From the NCBI GenBank assembly GCA_035625415.1, contig DASPPQ010000070.1, forward strand, positions 6,052 through 70,051: a stretch of DNA of 64,000 nt. The letters are read 5' to 3'. Positions within the stretch are counted from its first letter, which is position 1. The number at the start of each line of letters is the position of its first letter. The stretch comes from Thermodesulfobacteriota bacterium (GTDB lineage Bacteria; Desulfobacterota; BSN033; UBA1163). Made by a program: the position numbers and the translations under genes. Positions 10,506 to 19,720 of this stretch are shown in pieces. The notes under the pieces were generated by a model, which ran no database searches, was not told the DNA's origin, and saw only the letters and a list, made by a program, of their open reading frames with translations.

Positions 10506-11123
10506 TTATGCCATCAACCCTTGGAGCATAATTTTTTCAAATGTATTGACATACGCCCTGCCGTCAATCTGATCCTTGTTCATAGACCACTGGAGCAAGA
10601 TACCGACATGGAATGCGATAATGACCAGTGCAGCAAGATTTTCGTCAATCTCCCTCTTAAAGACCTTTTCTTTTTTCCCCTGAACAATTAAGTTCGACAA
10701 AAATTTCTGATACTTTCTGTAGATCCTTCTAAATTCGGCCTCTATGCCATGATGAGCCCCAATGAGTTCTGCGGCTAATGTTTCAAAGGAAACACACAAT
10801 TCTCGATTGTAGTAAGCAAAACCCGCGTTGTACCGAAAGTATTTCTCAATCTTATCAGGAATGCTTCCTTTCACCTCATTCACGGTCTGAATCATCCCAT
10901 CCAAGAATCGTTTTTCATATTCTTTGACAATTCTTTTGAGCAGATCCTCTTTGCTTTTGAAATGCCAATAAAGAGCTCCTTTGGTCAACTTGGCTGCTCG
11001 AGTGATATCATCGATTGAAGTCCCATGATAGCCCTTCTCCAAAAAGATTCGCATGGCTTGAATCAAAATTCGGTGCGCTGTATCGTTCGGCTGGAGCTTT
11101 TTAGCTGTCGCAAGATTTCTCAT
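10506..11123 (-). CDS. TetR/AcrR-family transcriptional regulator
   Basis: The ATG at 11123 gives an HTH region GYHGTSIDDITRAAKLTKGALYWHFKSKEDLL. The longer ORF-track start (11273) runs through the promoter and operator. Confidence 0.85.
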   Translation of the reverse strand: MRNLATAKKLQPNDTAHRILIQAMRIFLEKGYHGTSIDDITRAAKLTKGALYWHFKSKEDLLKRIVKEYEKRFLDGMIQTVNEVKGSIPDKIEKYFRYNAGFAYYNRELCVSFETLAAELIGAHHGIEAEFRRIYRKYQKFLSNLIVQGKKEKVFKREIDENLAALVIIAFHVGILLQWSMNKDQIDGRAYVNTFEKIMLQGLMA

Positions 11124-11134
11124 CGGCTGTTTCC

Positions 11135-11152
11135 ATACTAAACATTTAGTAT
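11135..11152. promoter_or_regulatory. perfect 8-2-8 inverted repeat ATACTAAA-CA-TTTAGTAT, candidate TetR operator
   Basis: Read directly. Lies 12 nt upstream of the tetR ATG and just downstream of the predicted -10. Confidence 0.5.
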
Positions 11153-11166
11153 AGAGATGGTCATGT

Positions 11167-11195
11167 ATATTATTAAGTTCAAAAAGAAATGTCAA
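11167..11195 (-). promoter_or_regulatory. sigma70-type promoter (TTGACA-17-TAATAT) for the tetR-acd-thiolase-liv-acs operon
   Basis: Minus-strand reading: TTGACA (11195..11190), 17-nt spacer, TAATAT (11172..11167). Confidence 0.45.
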
Positions 11196-11247
11196 GAAAA
11201 AAGGTTGACTTCGACTTTTAGGCGGGGACAAAGACCTAAAAAAGGGG

Positions 11248-11330
11248 GGAAGCCGTATTTTTGGGCCATTCAACGGAATTGGTCTCTGTTTCCTCGAATC
11301 GTATCTTCATCAATCAAAAATTATTTTAAT
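11248..11330. repeat. ~80-nt intergenic repeat, copy B
   Basis: See copy A. Lies between the end of the second Liv operon and the tetR promoter. Confidence 0.6.
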
Positions 11331-11359
11331 TAGGTTTTTCACTGCGGGCACTTAAGCTA

Positions 11360-12064
11360 TTACAATCCTAAAAAGGCTTTCTTGATGATCTCGGCGTTGA
11401 GGAGCTCTTTGCCGGTTCCCTGGTGGATGGTCCGTCCGGTTTGAAGGACATAGCCGCGGTCGGACAATTCGAGGGATTCGCGAACATTTTGTTCGACGAG
11501 GAGAATCGTCTTCCCTGAATCTTTCAATTTGGCCACGGCCTCCAGCATTTCATCCACAAGTTTCGGCATCAGACCTAAGGAGGGCTCGTCGAGCATGAGA
11601 AGCTTCGGGTTGGACATCAATCCCCTTCCAATGGCGAGCATCTGCTGTTCTCCGCCGCTGAGGGTCCCTCCTTGCTGGGGACGTCTCTCGGCCAGCCGGG
11701 GGAAGAGATGATAAACATATTCCAAATTCTTTTTCACCGCCTCATCATCATCGATGATGTAGGCTCCCAATTCCAAATTTTCCTCAACCGTGAGAGGTCC
11801 AAAAATTAAACGCGCCTCCGGGACATAGGTGATTCCCATATGAACGATATCGGATATAGAAAGACGAGAGATCTCTTGATCCTCAAACCGGATGGAACCC
11901 TTGGAGCAATGGACGGCGCCTGCGATGGCCTTGAGAAGCGTCGATTTCCCTGCGCCGTTTGCGCCGACCACGGAGACCAGTTCTCTCTGGTTCACTTCAA
12001 GGGAGACGTTGTGAATGACGGGGACGCCGCTGTATCGGACTTCGATCTCAGAGACCTTTAGCAT
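11360..12064 (-). CDS. livF: HAAT-family ABC ATP-binding protein (LivF-type), second copy
   Basis: GANGAGKST, LSGGEQQMLAIGR, LMLDEPS. Confidence 0.9.
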   Translation of the reverse strand: MLKVSEIEVRYSGVPVIHNVSLEVNQRELVSVVGANGAGKSTLLKAIAGAVHCSKGSIRFEDQEISRLSISDIVHMGITYVPEARLIFGPLTVEENLELGAYIIDDDEAVKKNLEYVYHLFPRLAERRPQQGGTLSGGEQQMLAIGRGLMSNPKLLMLDEPSLGLMPKLVDEMLEAVAKLKDSGKTILLVEQNVRESLELSDRGYVLQTGRTIHQGTGKELLNAEIIKKAFLGL

Positions 12065-12779
12065 ACTTCTCCCCCAGATAGGCTTTAATCACCCGTTCGT
12101 TCTTCACAATATCCTTCGGCAATCCTTCTGCAATTTTTTCACCGCTATCGAGGACGACGACCCTTTGGGAGATAGGCATAACCACCTCCATCACATGCTC
12201 GATGAGAAACAGGGTCGTCTTCCTTTCTTTGTGAATCCTTTTCAAAAGATCCACCATCTCTTCAGTTTCTTTAGGGTTGAGGCCAGAGGCCACTTCATCC
12301 AGCATCAAGAGTTCGGGCTGGGTCGCAACGGCTCTCGCCAGCCCTATTTTTTTCTGGGCTGCGATTGGCAATTCATTAAGATGATAGCTTTTCACGCTAT
12401 CCAACCCCATAAATCCCAGAATGGCAGCGGCCTCCACTTTTGCAAGATTTCGATCATCGGTCCTGCAAAAAGCGCCAACCATCACATTCTCAAGGACTGT
12501 CATTCCTGTGGTTACCTTTGTGATCTGGAACGTCCTCCCAATCCCTTCCCGGTTGGTCATAAAGGGTTTGAATCCAGTGATCTCCTTTCCTTTAAAGATC
12601 ACCTTCCCGGAATCGGGCTTGTGGTAACCAACGATACAATTAAAGAGCGTCGTCTTGCCCGCGCCATTCGGACCGATCAAACCGATCATTTCACCTTCAT
12701 TGATTTGGAAGGAGACATGGTTGTTGGCCACCACACCGCCAAAGTCTTTGACCAGATCGATCACTTCAAGAAATGCCAT
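12048..12779 (-). CDS. livG: HAAT-family ABC ATP-binding protein (LivG-type), second copy
   Basis: The ATG at 12779 gives MAFLEVIDLVKDFGG. GPNGAGKTT, GIGRTFQ, LMLDEVASG. Confidence 0.9.
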   Translation of the reverse strand: MAFLEVIDLVKDFGGVVANNHVSFQINEGEMIGLIGPNGAGKTTLFNCIVGYHKPDSGKVIFKGKEITGFKPFMTNREGIGRTFQITKVTTGMTVLENVMVGAFCRTDDRNLAKVEAAAILGFMGLDSVKSYHLNELPIAAQKKIGLARAVATQPELLMLDEVASGLNPKETEEMVDLLKRIHKERKTTLFLIEHVMEVVMPISQRVVVLDSGEKIAEGLPKDIVKNERVIKAYLGEKYAKGL

Positions 12780-12904
12780 GCCTAAACGCACCTTCTTTAT
12801 CCACCCCGCCACCTCCTTAGAGACTATGTACCAAGAGGGAGAGACTGTCGGGTAGAAAAGTCTTAGAGCGGCAACACAACCTCCGAAGAAGGAATGGTCG
12901 GTTG

Positions 12905-13897
12905 CTATTTTTTCCGAAACTGCTCAATGATGCCCCAGATTCCTTGAGGTTGATAGGCAGAGACAACCATGATCAGCGCAGCGTAAATCATAAAGTCAAC
13001 GCCGATCAACCCTTTCTGAGCACCCAGCCAGCTTCCGAGAAAGCGATCAAGAGGGACTAAAAAACCTGAGCCGATGATCGGTCCCCACATGGAACCCGCT
13101 CCTCCTAACATGGCCATCAAAGCAATTTTAATTGAGAGGTCCAGATCCATCACAGAGTAGGGATCGATGTAGAGGTTGTAAACAGCCATGAATCCGCCTC
13201 CGACAGCCACAAAAGCCGAGGCGATGGAGTAGGCCTTGATCTTGCACCACCGGGCATCTATGCCCAGGCTTTCTGCAGCCTCTTCATCCTCCTTGATCAT
13301 CCGGAGTTGATAACCCAATTTCGATTTCCGAAACCAGTTCATATAGAAAATGGCGGTATAAAAGAGGGCCATGATGAAATAAAAATAATAGGTATCCGAC
13401 TTAAACTGCATATAGAGAAAATCAGGGTGCTCATGGATGGGAAGTTCTATCCCCTTCGCAGCCCCGACCAGCTTCCAGTTGATAAAAATGTCTTGAAGCA
13501 CCAAGGAGGTGCAGATGGTGGCAATGGCAAAGTAATGGCCCTTCAACCTGAAAAGAGGATACCCGATAATGAAGGAGTATCCAATGGCAATGAGGATGCC
13601 GATTGGCATTGCGGCCCAGAAAGGAATCTTCCACCACACCATGGTCAGAGCGACGGTATAGGCTCCGATCCCAACGTACTGAGCTTTGCCCAGCTCCACC
13701 TGACCCCCATAACCACCGATCGTATTCCATCCCATTCCGAAAAGGGAGAAAAGAAGGAACTGGATCGCCACGGCCTTAACAAAGGATCTAACGCCGAGCC
13801 AGGGAAAGATGAGAAGGAGAAGGGTGAAAATGGCAAACCCAACCTTCTCTGGTTTTGAGAAATCTCCGAAGTCGAAGGCGTCCCTTATTTTTTCCAT
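12905..13897 (-). CDS. livM: HAAT-family ABC permease (LivM-type), second copy
   Basis: GGYGGQVELGKAQYVGIGAY, KEDEEAAESLG. Polytopic. Confidence 0.85.
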   Translation of the reverse strand: MEKIRDAFDFGDFSKPEKVGFAIFTLLLLIFPWLGVRSFVKAVAIQFLLFSLFGMGWNTIGGYGGQVELGKAQYVGIGAYTVALTMVWWKIPFWAAMPIGILIAIGYSFIIGYPLFRLKGHYFAIATICTSLVLQDIFINWKLVGAAKGIELPIHEHPDFLYMQFKSDTYYFYFIMALFYTAIFYMNWFRKSKLGYQLRMIKEDEEAAESLGIDARWCKIKAYSIASAFVAVGGGFMAVYNLYIDPYSVMDLDLSIKIALMAMLGGAGSMWGPIIGSGFLVPLDRFLGSWLGAQKGLIGVDFMIYAALIMVVSAYQPQGIWGIIEQFRKK

Positions 13898-14781
13898 CCA
13901 AACAATCCCTGAGGTCTCAAAACAACGATGATGAAATAGGCAAAATAGACAACGGTGAATTTAAAATGGGGACCGAAGAAATCCCAGCCGGTGAAATGAC
14001 CGACCATTGGGAATAACATCTCGATGATCCCGATCAGGATTCCCGCGAAGAAAGCTCCCTTAATACTCCCGAATCCGCCCATGGCCACCGATGCAAAGGC
14101 GATCATCACGAAGAGGAGGCCCACGGTAGGATAGACATACCAGAAATTGACGATCAAACCTCCAGCAATGCCGACGGTTCCTCCGCCAATCACCCAGGCA
14201 AGGGCATTCATCCGATCGGTTTTGATCCCCATGTAATTGGCCGCTTCCTTGTTGAGTGCCGTGGCGCGCAGGGCTTTCCCCAGTTTGGTTCGATGAAGAA
14301 GGTAGTAGACGACCAGAAATGCAATCAGACTCAATATGGCTGCGGAGAGCTTTGTCCAATCAAGTCTGAAGGGGCCCAATGAGAGGGTCTTTCCAACGAG
14401 CAAACCTTTTTGGATGATCCGGTAATCGATGCCAAAAAGGAATTGGGCCAGATATCTTAAGAAGAGCATCAGGCCGAAGGTTCCGAAGAGCTGAGCAATC
14501 ATCGGACCTCGGAGTAAGTATTTTACCAAACAATAATAGGATGCCAATCCAAGAAGCATTCCCACGATGGCGGAAGCCGGAAGGGTGATCAGGGGATCGA
14601 TATGGAGGAGGAGGCTTGTCCAGTAAGTGGTATACATTCCGATCATCAAGAACTCGCCATGGGCAAAGTTGACGATGTCCATCATGCCAAAGATGATCGT
14701 GAGACCGAGGGCAACCAGGGCAAAAAGAAGCCCCATCAAGATTCCCTGAAGAAGCGCGTCGAGAAGAATCATAAGAGCCAA
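13885..14781 (-). CDS. livH: HAAT-family ABC permease (LivH-type), second copy
   Basis: MALMILLDALLQGILMGLLFALVALGL..NFAHGEF. Polytopic. Confidence 0.85.
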   Translation of the reverse strand: MALMILLDALLQGILMGLLFALVALGLTIIFGMMDIVNFAHGEFLMIGMYTTYWTSLLLHIDPLITLPASAIVGMLLGLASYYCLVKYLLRGPMIAQLFGTFGLMLFLRYLAQFLFGIDYRIIQKGLLVGKTLSLGPFRLDWTKLSAAILSLIAFLVVYYLLHRTKLGKALRATALNKEAANYMGIKTDRMNALAWVIGGGTVGIAGGLIVNFWYVYPTVGLLFVMIAFASVAMGGFGSIKGAFFAGILIGIIEMLFPMVGHFTGWDFFGPHFKFTVVYFAYFIIVVLRPQGLFGWKK

Positions 14782-14797
14782 GGTAAAAAATTATTTA

Positions 14798-14926
14798 AAT
14801 CCCAAATTCCAAATCACAAACCCCAAACAAATTCCAAATTTCAAGTATCGATGACGGAAACTTGTTCATTTCGAATCTTGGTGATTGAAATTTATTTGGA
14901 ACTTGGTGCTTGGAATTTGGAATTTC
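14798..14926. repeat. long imperfect inverted repeat (CCAAAT/ATTTGG-rich arms) between the SBP gene and livH2
   Basis: The left arm aaatcccaaattccaaatcacaaaccccaaacaaattccaaatttcaa pairs with the right arm ttgaaatttatttggaacttggtgcttggaatttggaatttc. Confidence 0.6.
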
Positions 14927-14999
14927 ACAGCAACCGAATTCAAGACGAGCTAAGATTTAAAACGGGGGCCCGATTGATCGATAACCCCCGCTGCTCACT

Positions 15000-16304
15000 T
15001 TACTTCCATCCTGGGAAGGGATAGACCATGTTTGCTGTGGCAAGGTCAAAGGGGTAGATGATTTCGAGTTCGACCTTCCCTTCTTTCGACTGATATTGCC
15101 CGATCAAACCCCTGCCTTTGATGTTCTGGCCGGTGGCATCAAATTTGATCCCGTCCCAGGGCATCACCAGCTCGTAACCTGGAATGTCTAGTTGATTGCA
15201 AGCCTTCTGAATGGCCTTCGGGTCCGTTGAACCCGCCCGGCTCAGGACATAGGCCCATGTTTGAACCCCCACTACCGAACGAGCGGTTGCTCCGGTCAGA
15301 TCGTCTCCGTATTTCTTTTTGTAGAGCTCATTAATCTGGCCGGCGACTCGTTTCACCTTCGCTATTTTTGCAATAAACACGGTCCGTGTCAGGACCCCGT
15401 TGGTATCGGTCCCGAGGGTTTTGGTGAAGTCAGCCATTTCAAACCCCGCATCCTGTCCCCAGAAGAAACGCGGGGAAGCCCTCATCCCCTTCAGGGTTCG
15501 AATCATAAGGAGCGAATCTGAAAGATAAGAAGCAAAGAGCATGGCATCCGGGTTGGCTGCAACCAGGGCCTGTGCCTCAGAAGATAGATCAGGAGAGTTC
15601 CCGGCATAGAGGAGTCCCTTGACAATATTGAATCCGTACTCCTTGGCAAACTTCTCAAGATCCTTGGCAACACTGGCCCCCCATTCCGTGTTTTCGCAGG
15701 CATAGACTAAGTTCTTGAGCTGGTCCTTGGGAACAGCCTTCACCCCCTTGACTTTTCCCTCCGTCAAACCCTTTAAAAGTTCAAAGAGGTCTTTGTCAAA
15801 ATATTCGTCGTGGGGAGTGGTGCGCCAGAACCACTTGAATCCTCTTTTTGTGAGATCGGGAGAAGTCGAGGAGTCATTGATCATTGGAATTCCATAACGC
15901 TCAGCCACCGCACTGACGGTCTTGGTCACGGCGCTTTGATAAGCGCCCATTAATCCAACGACTTTATCATCGAGAATGAGACGTTTGGCCAAATCCGCCC
16001 CACGATCCGGCTCTCCTCGGGAGTCGGCAAAGATCAGGTTGATCTTGGCATTCCCTAAGGTTGGAATGCCTCCCCATTTCGACATGAGAACATCGACATT
16101 AGGATTTTTATTGTTTACCAGGTTCTCTGCCGTGAATTCCGCGGCCCTTTGCAGGTCTCTTCCAATCGTTGCCAAGGCCCCGGAAAGAGGATAAATCACA
16201 CCAATCTTGATCTCCTTCTCAGCCGCCAATAGAGGGGAGCAAACCATCAAGATAGATAAGATCAAAACGGATAGAATAATGAGAAATCTCTTGGTTGTTT
16301 TCAT
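15000..16304 (-). CDS. periplasmic substrate-binding protein, LivK/type-I PBP family, Sec signal
   Basis: The ATG at 16304 is preceded by AAGGAGG. Signal peptide MKTTKRFLIILSVLILSILMVCSPLLA, then IKIGVIYPLSGALA. Confidence 0.85.
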   Translation of the reverse strand: MKTTKRFLIILSVLILSILMVCSPLLAAEKEIKIGVIYPLSGALATIGRDLQRAAEFTAENLVNNKNPNVDVLMSKWGGIPTLGNAKINLIFADSRGEPDRGADLAKRLILDDKVVGLMGAYQSAVTKTVSAVAERYGIPMINDSSTSPDLTKRGFKWFWRTTPHDEYFDKDLFELLKGLTEGKVKGVKAVPKDQLKNLVYACENTEWGASVAKDLEKFAKEYGFNIVKGLLYAGNSPDLSSEAQALVAANPDAMLFASYLSDSLLMIRTLKGMRASPRFFWGQDAGFEMADFTKTLGTDTNGVLTRTVFIAKIAKVKRVAGQINELYKKKYGDDLTGATARSVVGVQTWAYVLSRAGSTDPKAIQKACNQLDIPGYELVMPWDGIKFDATGQNIKGRGLIGQYQSKEGKVELEIIYPFDLATANMVYPFPGWK

Positions 16305-16626
16305 ATAAGCCTCCTTATACCAAAGAATGGGAATTTCCAAAATGTTAATTAAAATCCTTGTTCTTCTTCACCTCCTTCTTTCTTAACTGCCTTCCGTTTC
16401 TCAATTGGCCGTAATTTTATCCATTCAGATCCTGTATGTCAATAATTCAATTTGAGAGATTTTCAAAATGTTATGAATTCTCTGATTGCACAGATGTAAA
16501 TACTTTTCGAGAATAAAGAAAAATCAGTGTAATCAAGAGGGTACACTAGTTTCTTCCTGCCGCTCCCAATTTGGAGTTGCCTTTCTTTTCCTTTCTTTGT
16601 AAGATGAGACCGGATAAGGGGAAGCG

Positions 16627-17799
16627 ATGATGAACTTACATCCGTTCATCAGAAAGAAGGAATTAATTGACTTAACCACCCGGTTAGTCCATATCCCTAC
16701 CGAAAACCCACCCGGAAATGAAAAGCCGGCCGCGCAATTTCTGAAACCTCTCCTCGCAAAGATGGACTTCAAAACCAAAATCGTCCTCTCCTCGAAAGGA
16801 AGATGGAATATCGTTGCCGAAAAAAGATGGGGAAAGGGTGGAAGAACGCTAATCTTCAACGGCCACCTGGATGTCGTCCCCGCCGGTAACCCCTCCCAAT
16901 GGAAATATCCTCCTTTCGAGGGGAGGCTTTTTAAAGGGAGGATCTATGGTCGGGGCGCATCGGACATGAAGGGTGGGATTGCCTCTTTCATTCATGCCCT
17001 TTTGATGATGGACCGATCGAAGATCCGTCTCGATCAAGGCGCCGTCGTTCTCCATCTGGTCTCCGACGAAGAATCCCATGGCCATCAAGGCATGGGTTTC
17101 TTGACTCAAAGGGAAGGGATCCGAGGAGATGCCGCTCTTGTTGGGGAGCCCACGGACCTCCAACCCGTAATCGGGCAAAAGGGCGCTCTGTGGCTTAGGA
17201 TTTCCACCCTCGGAAAATCGGCTCACGGCTCGAGACCTCATCTGGGTGTGAATGCAGTGGAAAAAATGATGAAGCTGATGGAACGATTAAATGCAGTCCC
17301 TTTAGAAAAGGAACATCCTTTGCTTGGGAAACCCACCCTCAGCATCGGAACCATTCAAGGTGGAACGAAGATCAACATCGTCCCCGATCGATGTGAGATT
17401 GAGGTGGATCGGCGAATATTACCCGGGGAAAATAGGGAGGAGGTCTTAGGAGAGATGAAAGGCACCCTAGATTTGCTCCAATCCCAGGATCCCCTTTTTC
17501 AATATCGAATCGAGGAGATTGACTTCGCCGAACCCTGTGAAGTCAACCCTGAAGAGGAGATTGTCAAAATGGCTGTGGACGCCATCCAAGAGGTGACGGG
17601 AAGGAAGCCGATGCTGAGAGCCTTCTCCGGGTTCACGGATTCTCGTTTTTATATCAACCAGTGTCACATCCCAACCCTCGTCTTTGGCCCGGGGCAGGCG
17701 GATCAATCCCATACAACGGATGAATCCGTGGAGGTGGAGGCTTTGGTCCAAGCTGCCCGCATCTATGGGCTGATCCTCGTTACCTATTTGTCCCTTTAG
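16627..17799 (+). CDS. M20-family metallopeptidase (ArgE/DapE/ACY1-type deacylase)
   Basis: GHLDVVPAG, GRGASDMKGG, VSDEESHG metal-ligand motifs. 390 aa. Confidence 0.8.
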   Translation: MMNLHPFIRKKELIDLTTRLVHIPTENPPGNEKPAAQFLKPLLAKMDFKTKIVLSSKGRWNIVAEKRWGKGGRTLIFNGHLDVVPAGNPSQWKYPPFEGRLFKGRIYGRGASDMKGGIASFIHALLMMDRSKIRLDQGAVVLHLVSDEESHGHQGMGFLTQREGIRGDAALVGEPTDLQPVIGQKGALWLRISTLGKSAHGSRPHLGVNAVEKMMKLMERLNAVPLEKEHPLLGKPTLSIGTIQGGTKINIVPDRCEIEVDRRILPGENREEVLGEMKGTLDLLQSQDPLFQYRIEEIDFAEPCEVNPEEEIVKMAVDAIQEVTGRKPMLRAFSGFTDSRFYINQCHIPTLVFGPGQADQSHTTDESVEVEALVQAARIYGLILVTYLSL

Positions 17800-17929
17800 A
17801 GTGGGTTTGAAAAAAATGAAACTTGACCTTGAAAAAGTCCTGGGGGAACTGAAACCTTATCGGGAGAGGAAGGGAGAGATCGATCCGAAATTTAAAATCA
17901 AGATGAGAGTCTAAGGGGATAACCCGACA

Positions 17930-19309
17930 TTACTTTCTCTTTGAGACAACGACACGATTTTTTGTTGTCCTCTCAACCTTCTTCAAAACTTCCTCGAAGA
18001 TCGTGAGGGCGGTGTCCGCGTGTTTCCGTGTGATGATCAGGGGCGGGCTGAAACGGATGACATTCTCTCCGGCTCCTAAGATGAGCAGCCCCTTCTCAAA
18101 ACAAGCGCGAATAATCTTGCTTCTCTCTTCGATTGCCTTTTCCTTCGTCTGCCGGTCTTTGACCAACTCTATCCCGATCATCAACCCTTTTCCCCTCACG
18201 TCCCCCATCAGATGGAATCGTTTCTGGAGATCCCGAAGTTTTTCGAGAATGTAGGCCCCGACGCGCCCGGCATTTTCAATGAGACCCTTTTCAAGGAGGT
18301 CGATGGTGGCCAGGGCGGCCCCGCAGCTAATGGGATTTCCGCCAAAAGTGCTGGCATGAGAACCAGGAACCCAATCCATCACCTCACTCTGTGAAACCGT
18401 AGCCCCCAAAGGCATCCCTGAAGCAATTCCCTTTGCCAAGGCGATGATATCCGGTACGACTCCCCAGTGCTCGATCGCCATCATCTTTCCAGTCCTTCCC
18501 ATCCCACTTTGAACTTCATCATCCACAAAGAGGATTCCAAACTCCTTCGCCAGCTCGTAAAGCTTTTGATGAAATTCCGGAGGGGGAACGATATAGCCGC
18601 CTTCACCTTGAATGGGTTCAACGAAGATGGCCGCTACTTCCTCGGGCGGGATACTTCGCTTGAATAAATCTTCTCGAATCCAATCGACACAAGCAGTGCT
18701 ACAGCTGGGATATTGCCGGTGATGATAGGGGCAACGGTAACAATAGGCATAAGGAACGTGGGTAACCCCGGGGACGAGCGGATAGAATCCCTTTTCGTGA
18801 ATCACTTTGCTGGCTGTTAAAGAAAGGGCACCCATGGTCCTCCCATGAAAAGCGCCGAGGAAAGCCAAAATTCGAGGCCGTTTGGTATGATAATGCGATA
18901 ATTTGAGAGCTGCCTCAATGGCTTCGGCGCCTGAATTACCGAAGAAGACCCTCTTTTCTTTTGGCCCGGGGGTGATCTCAGAAAGCCTGCCCGCAAGGCT
19001 CGATTGGAGACTGTAGTAGAAATCGCTGCCAGACATATGGATGAGTTGTCCTGCCTGACGATGGATCGCCTTCACCACGCTCGGATGGCAATGGCCCGTG
19101 TTGCAGACAGCAATCCCTGAGGTAAAGTCGAGGAATCGATTCCCGTCCACATCCTCTACCCAAGCGCCTCTCGCTCTTTTAACAACGAAAGGATAGGCTC
19201 GCGTGTAAGACTGAGATACGAATTTTCGATCCTTTTGCAGGACCTTCTTGGCTTCAGGGCCGGGGAGCTTACCAATAATAGAAGGCGACAAGAACTCTTT
19301 CTTTGTCAT
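17930..19309 (-). CDS. class-III (omega) aminotransferase, GabT/ArgD-like
   Basis: FFGNSGAEAIEAALK, DEVQSGMGRTGKM (PLP-lysine region follows), STFGGNP. Confidence 0.85.
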   Translation of the reverse strand: MTKKEFLSPSIIGKLPGPEAKKVLQKDRKFVSQSYTRAYPFVVKRARGAWVEDVDGNRFLDFTSGIAVCNTGHCHPSVVKAIHRQAGQLIHMSGSDFYYSLQSSLAGRLSEITPGPKEKRVFFGNSGAEAIEAALKLSHYHTKRPRILAFLGAFHGRTMGALSLTASKVIHEKGFYPLVPGVTHVPYAYCYRCPYHHRQYPSCSTACVDWIREDLFKRSIPPEEVAAIFVEPIQGEGGYIVPPPEFHQKLYELAKEFGILFVDDEVQSGMGRTGKMMAIEHWGVVPDIIALAKGIASGMPLGATVSQSEVMDWVPGSHASTFGGNPISCGAALATIDLLEKGLIENAGRVGAYILEKLRDLQKRFHLMGDVRGKGLMIGIELVKDRQTKEKAIEERSKIIRACFEKGLLILGAGENVIRFSPPLIITRKHADTALTIFEEVLKKVERTTKNRVVVSKRK

Positions 19310-19445
19310 ATTTTTTCCTCAAATCTTATTACAATATCGAATAGAAAAAAATCTACTTAAATAGTAGATAGTTTTTACTGACGAGTCAATTAAATGTTTT
19401 ATGACGGCTACGTCACCCTCGAACAATAAAAGTCAACTCCCTTAT

Positions 19446-19565
19446 ACCCTCCCCTTTTAACGGGGGAGGGTGGGGTAGATGTCCAGATCATGTCCCCCCT
19501 CACCTCAATCCTCTCCCCTGCCTTCGCCGAAGCGGCTTCGCACAGGCAGGCTCCGAGGGGAGAGG
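19446..19565. repeat. composite GC-rich palindromic repeat (two hairpins)
   Basis: accctcccc/ggggagggt (19446-19471) and cctctcccc...ggggagagg (19510-19565), with the inner pair tgcc/ggca. The ORF-track ORFs at 19479 and 19490 are read through it. Confidence 0.6.
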
Positions 19566-19720
19566 AGGCACTGGGTGGAGTATTTTCTGAAAAAGAGCCG
19601 CGAAGGTTCTTCTCTTCTGCTCGGGTTAGGACGCATGGTGGATGCCTACCAAAGGCAACACACGGGGAGAATGAGAAGGTTAATAAATATCGATGTATAG
19701 CGTTGGAGGAATAGAAACTT

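Noticed and set aside
12015-12785. 256-aa plus-strand ORF fully antisense to the second livG-type gene. Similar long antisense ORFs occur at 20683-21858 (391 aa, opposite the 16-haem gene), 13307-13858, 31198-31854 and 55027-55779.
   Set aside because: Each overlaps a gene with unmistakable family motifs on the other strand and has no motifs, RBS or plausible start context of its own. Their low-complexity, Arg/Ser/Pro/Gly-rich translations are typical of shadow ORFs. I cannot exclude overlapping genes without expression data, but nothing supports them.
17816-17914. 32-aa ORF MKLDLEKVLGELKPYRERKGEIDPKFKIKMRV between the M20 peptidase and aminotransferase genes.
   Set aside because: It has no RBS and no recognisable motif, and it lies in a convergent-gene gap where a terminator is more likely.
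19479-19714. ORFs 19479-19700 and 19490-19714, and similar small ORFs at 26846-27124, 40169-40489, 42557-42865 and 55595-55846.
   Set aside because: They are read through the palindromic or MITE-like repeats. Peptides such as SPLPSPKRLRTGRLRGERR or ..RVKPGMTIK are repeat translations, not genes.
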